A stretch of 64,000 nucleotides of DNA, taken from the NCBI GenBank assembly GCA_965249485.1, contig OZ252239.1, positions 2,048,001 to 2,112,000 of the forward strand, in the 5' to 3' direction. The stretch comes from a bacterium. GTDB taxonomy: Bacteria > SM23-31. Both the position numbers and the translations under genes were made by a program. The notes beneath the pieces are model-generated. The model did not search any database, was not told the DNA's origin, and saw nothing but the letters and a program-made list of their open reading frames with translations. Shown here in pieces: positions 61,157 to 64,000 of the stretch; position 1 is the stretch's first letter, and every line of letters starts with the position of its first letter.

Positions 61157-63865
61157 ATGTTTTTTTTTGGACTCTCCATGATTTTTAGCAACCGACATAA
61201 CTATTTCAAATTGATACTTTGTTTTATCCTTCTACAAGGAGCAACAAATACCAGCACGTCATACGGTCAGTCTGGTAATTTCGCCAACGGCTCGAAATAT
61301 AATCCATATATCCCGCTGACTTCGTTTGAGTTTGAAGATGCCCCGTTTACAATCGGCGGTCCCGTCAATTTTATTGTTGTTGATAATGGTTTCAGGGCGA
61401 ATTTCGATATTGCGAATTCTTCAGATACAGAGATCTCACGTGTGCATGTCTGGCTATTGGTGTACTTTCAACAGAGAGAAAAACCTGTACTGTATGAGCG
61501 TACCTTCAGCGAGCCAATCCCTCCAAAAAGTTCCCGTAACTTTATCTGGAACGAGCCACCAAGCCAGTATGGAAATCCAACAGCGGGAGTTGTCGTACCT
61601 TATTACATGGAACTTTCCGGGAAAGGACACTGGTATCTATCAAGCAATTATGGGCCTGAATCGGAAACTTTGACTTCACCCCTGGGATCAAACAGACCAT
61701 CCACCACGGCAGGAGGGCTCAGCGCGCACCATCGAAGTATGCCCGCAGTAAGAGTCTCTGAAGGTCCCCGGATAGATGGTGTTCTGGACGATGAGGTATG
61801 GAAGGAAGTGGAATTTGAAGGGGAATTTATCCAGCGGTTCCCTATTAGCAATATTGCACCGACTGAAAAAACCGAAATCGCGATTATTTATGATGATGAA
61901 AATTTATATGTTGGTGCTCGCATGTATGATTCTGAGCCCGATAGAATTCGCATTACAGAAATGAGGCGGGATGAGAGATTGTTCAACGACGATAGATTTG
62001 AAATGGTACTGGACACCTTTCATGACCGTCAAAGCGGTTATAACTTTGTAATCAATCCTGCCGGATCCCGTATCGATGCATTTATCCGTGAGGATGGAAG
62101 AATCCGCAATCGTGACTGGGACGCTGTGTGGGTCGCTAAAACATCGATCGATGAATCTGGTTGGTATCTTGAGGTCGCTTTACCATGGCATTCTCTCCGG
62201 TTTCGTGAGGGTGATAACATTGTTTGGGGCGCTAATTTTGTTCGCACAATTATGAGAAAAAATGAAGTCGACTTTTGGCGGTTCGTACCGCTTTATGCCG
62301 GCCGTGAAGGGCAGGAACGAATCTCCGAAGGGGGAGATATTACCGGATTCAACGGTTTGGAAATGGGCGGCAATTTTGATCTTAAACCATTTGTGACAGG
62401 TGGAGTGCAGCGAGATGATTTCGTTGAAGATGACCTCGGTGAGTTCGGAATTGACTTAAAAAAGAGCATCACGTCGACATTAACAGCCGATTTTACGTAC
62501 AATACCGATTTTGCACAGGTCGAGGCAGATCAGGAGCAGGTAAATCTGACACGTTTCAACCTGTTCTTTCCGGAAAAACGGGAATTCTTTTTAGAAGGTG
62601 CGGGAACATTCGCGTTTGGTCAGGGAGTAGGAGGAAGAAATCCTCTCCTAGGGCGGGCAGCCAATATACAATTGTTCCATAGCCGTACGATCGGCCTGTC
62701 CGATGGAAATCCTGTGCCCATACTCGGTGGAGCACGTCTTATCGGCAAGGTCGGAGATTATTCGCTCGGAATTATGTCACTCCAAACCGATGATATTTTT
62801 GTTACCAGTGATTCGACGAATGTACGTGAAACCAATTTAAGCGCATTCAGGTTAAAACGCGATATTCTCTCCCGTTCATCTGTCGGCGTGATGCTTCTGA
62901 ATAAAGAGGAAAGGAATGGCGGGTATAACCGTTCGGTCGGTTTTGATTCCAACTTCAATGTCAACGAAAATTTTTCATTCTTTTTAGTAGGAGCTGGCAC
63001 TTTTTCTCCCGGAAAAGAAGGCAAAAGAAATAATCTTGCAGGTAATGCCGGATTCCGGTTTCAATCAGACCTGTTGCAGTATAATCTATCCTATTTGAAT
63101 ATCGATAAGAATTTTAATCCCGAAATGGGATTTGTCAGAAGAAAAGATATCAGATTCACCGAAGGTGGCATCACTATTTCTCCTCGTTTCAGTCAAATTC
63201 CCGCAATTCGACAGATCTTTTTTACCGCTAACGGTAATTACCAGACCAATCGCCTTAATCGGGTGCTCAACAAAGAGGCAACTGGAACATTGAACATTGA
63301 TTTTGAAAATACTACGAATTTCAGCATTACGGTAGAAAGAGAATTTGAGTACCTCGAAGATGATTTTGATATTCGTCCGGAGTTGGTAATACCACGCGGA
63401 GAGTACACAAGCACGCAGTATCGAGGTATTTACACAACGGACAGGACGAAAGCTGTCAGCGGGACGGTAAATTTCAACGGGGGAGATTTTTTCACGGGTA
63501 CTTCATACGGTGGAGGAGTGGGTACAACGATTAGGGCTCATCCCCGTGTTTCTGCTAGTGGAGGTTATAGTTATAATGAGATCGATCTTCCCAACGGAAA
63601 ATTTCACACAAATTTTGCATCTGCTCGTCTCAGCTATGCATTCAGTACAGACCTTTTTATTAAAGGATTTTTTCAGTGGGTCGATGATGCTCTGCTATTC
63701 GATGACAGAAATCAGATTTCACAAAACATTATTCTCCGTTATACATATAAGCTTGGGAGCGATTTATATTTAGTATATAATCAGGAAAATTTATTGGGAA
63801 CCGGCAATGATGTGACTACAAACAGAACCCTCCTCGCAAAAATTAATTTCCTTTTACGGAAATAA
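61157..63865 (+). CDS. CBM9-like plus DUF5916 exported/outer-membrane protein (start may be 61178)
   Basis: PRIDGVLDDEVW, YDDENLY, LDTFHD, WDAVW, NTDFAQVEAD, NLTRFNLFFPEKREFFLEG, FHSRTIG. Confidence 0.85.
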   Translation: MFFFGLSMIFSNRHNYFKLILCFILLQGATNTSTSYGQSGNFANGSKYNPYIPLTSFEFEDAPFTIGGPVNFIVVDNGFRANFDIANSSDTEISRVHVWLLVYFQQREKPVLYERTFSEPIPPKSSRNFIWNEPPSQYGNPTAGVVVPYYMELSGKGHWYLSSNYGPESETLTSPLGSNRPSTTAGGLSAHHRSMPAVRVSEGPRIDGVLDDEVWKEVEFEGEFIQRFPISNIAPTEKTEIAIIYDDENLYVGARMYDSEPDRIRITEMRRDERLFNDDRFEMVLDTFHDRQSGYNFVINPAGSRIDAFIREDGRIRNRDWDAVWVAKTSIDESGWYLEVALPWHSLRFREGDNIVWGANFVRTIMRKNEVDFWRFVPLYAGREGQERISEGGDITGFNGLEMGGNFDLKPFVTGGVQRDDFVEDDLGEFGIDLKKSITSTLTADFTYNTDFAQVEADQEQVNLTRFNLFFPEKREFFLEGAGTFAFGQGVGGRNPLLGRAANIQLFHSRTIGLSDGNPVPILGGARLIGKVGDYSLGIMSLQTDDIFVTSDSTNVRETNLSAFRLKRDILSRSSVGVMLLNKEERNGGYNRSVGFDSNFNVNENFSFFLVGAGTFSPGKEGKRNNLAGNAGFRFQSDLLQYNLSYLNIDKNFNPEMGFVRRKDIRFTEGGITISPRFSQIPAIRQIFFTANGNYQTNRLNRVLNKEATGTLNIDFENTTNFSITVEREFEYLEDDFDIRPELVIPRGEYTSTQYRGIYTTDRTKAVSGTVNFNGGDFFTGTSYGGGVGTTIRAHPRVSASGGYSYNEIDLPNGKFHTNFASARLSYAFSTDLFIKGFFQWVDDALLFDDRNQISQNIILRYTYKLGSDLYLVYNQENLLGTGNDVTTNRTLLAKINFLLRK

Positions 63866-64000
63866 ATGGATTTAGTGAATAGTAAAGTACTAATGATGAA
63901 ATGTTAAATTACTATTACAATTCTAAATCAGTCCATATTAATCTCTTTCAGAAGGTTGATATGAGGAAGGCTGAGAATGCGACGTTGCAATGAGGTTCGC

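Overview
AT-rich (roughly 40% GC, estimated by eye) chromosomal window from a diderm bacterium. The short RpoD-like sigma factor and the gene content suggest the FCB group (KSB1/Marinimicrobia-like); this is inference. Bases 1-28.4 kb are mostly housekeeping: lptA-like, lptB, rpoN, hflKC, hslVU, pilC, yggT, sigma-70, an M23 peptidase, rpmB, dusB, larB, lon, a fungal-type single-chain homoaconitase plus homoisocitrate dehydrogenase, tadA and two tRNA-Ser. After the tRNA-Ser pair the window is accessory. It carries four full-length secreted M24 (pita-bread fold) paralogs, three with remodelled metal-ligand sets, plus three orphan 3' fragments of the same family. It also holds a VPS10/BNR beta-propeller, an mntR/dtxR-feoA-split feoB operon with an operator, tRNA-Ala(CGC), an amidinotransferase, Tat-exported oxidoreductases, an atypical pseudopilin, a CBM9/DUF5916 protein and many pseudogenes. 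No CRISPR array, rRNA, integrase or transposase was recognised. All family assignments come from motif recognition, not database searches.
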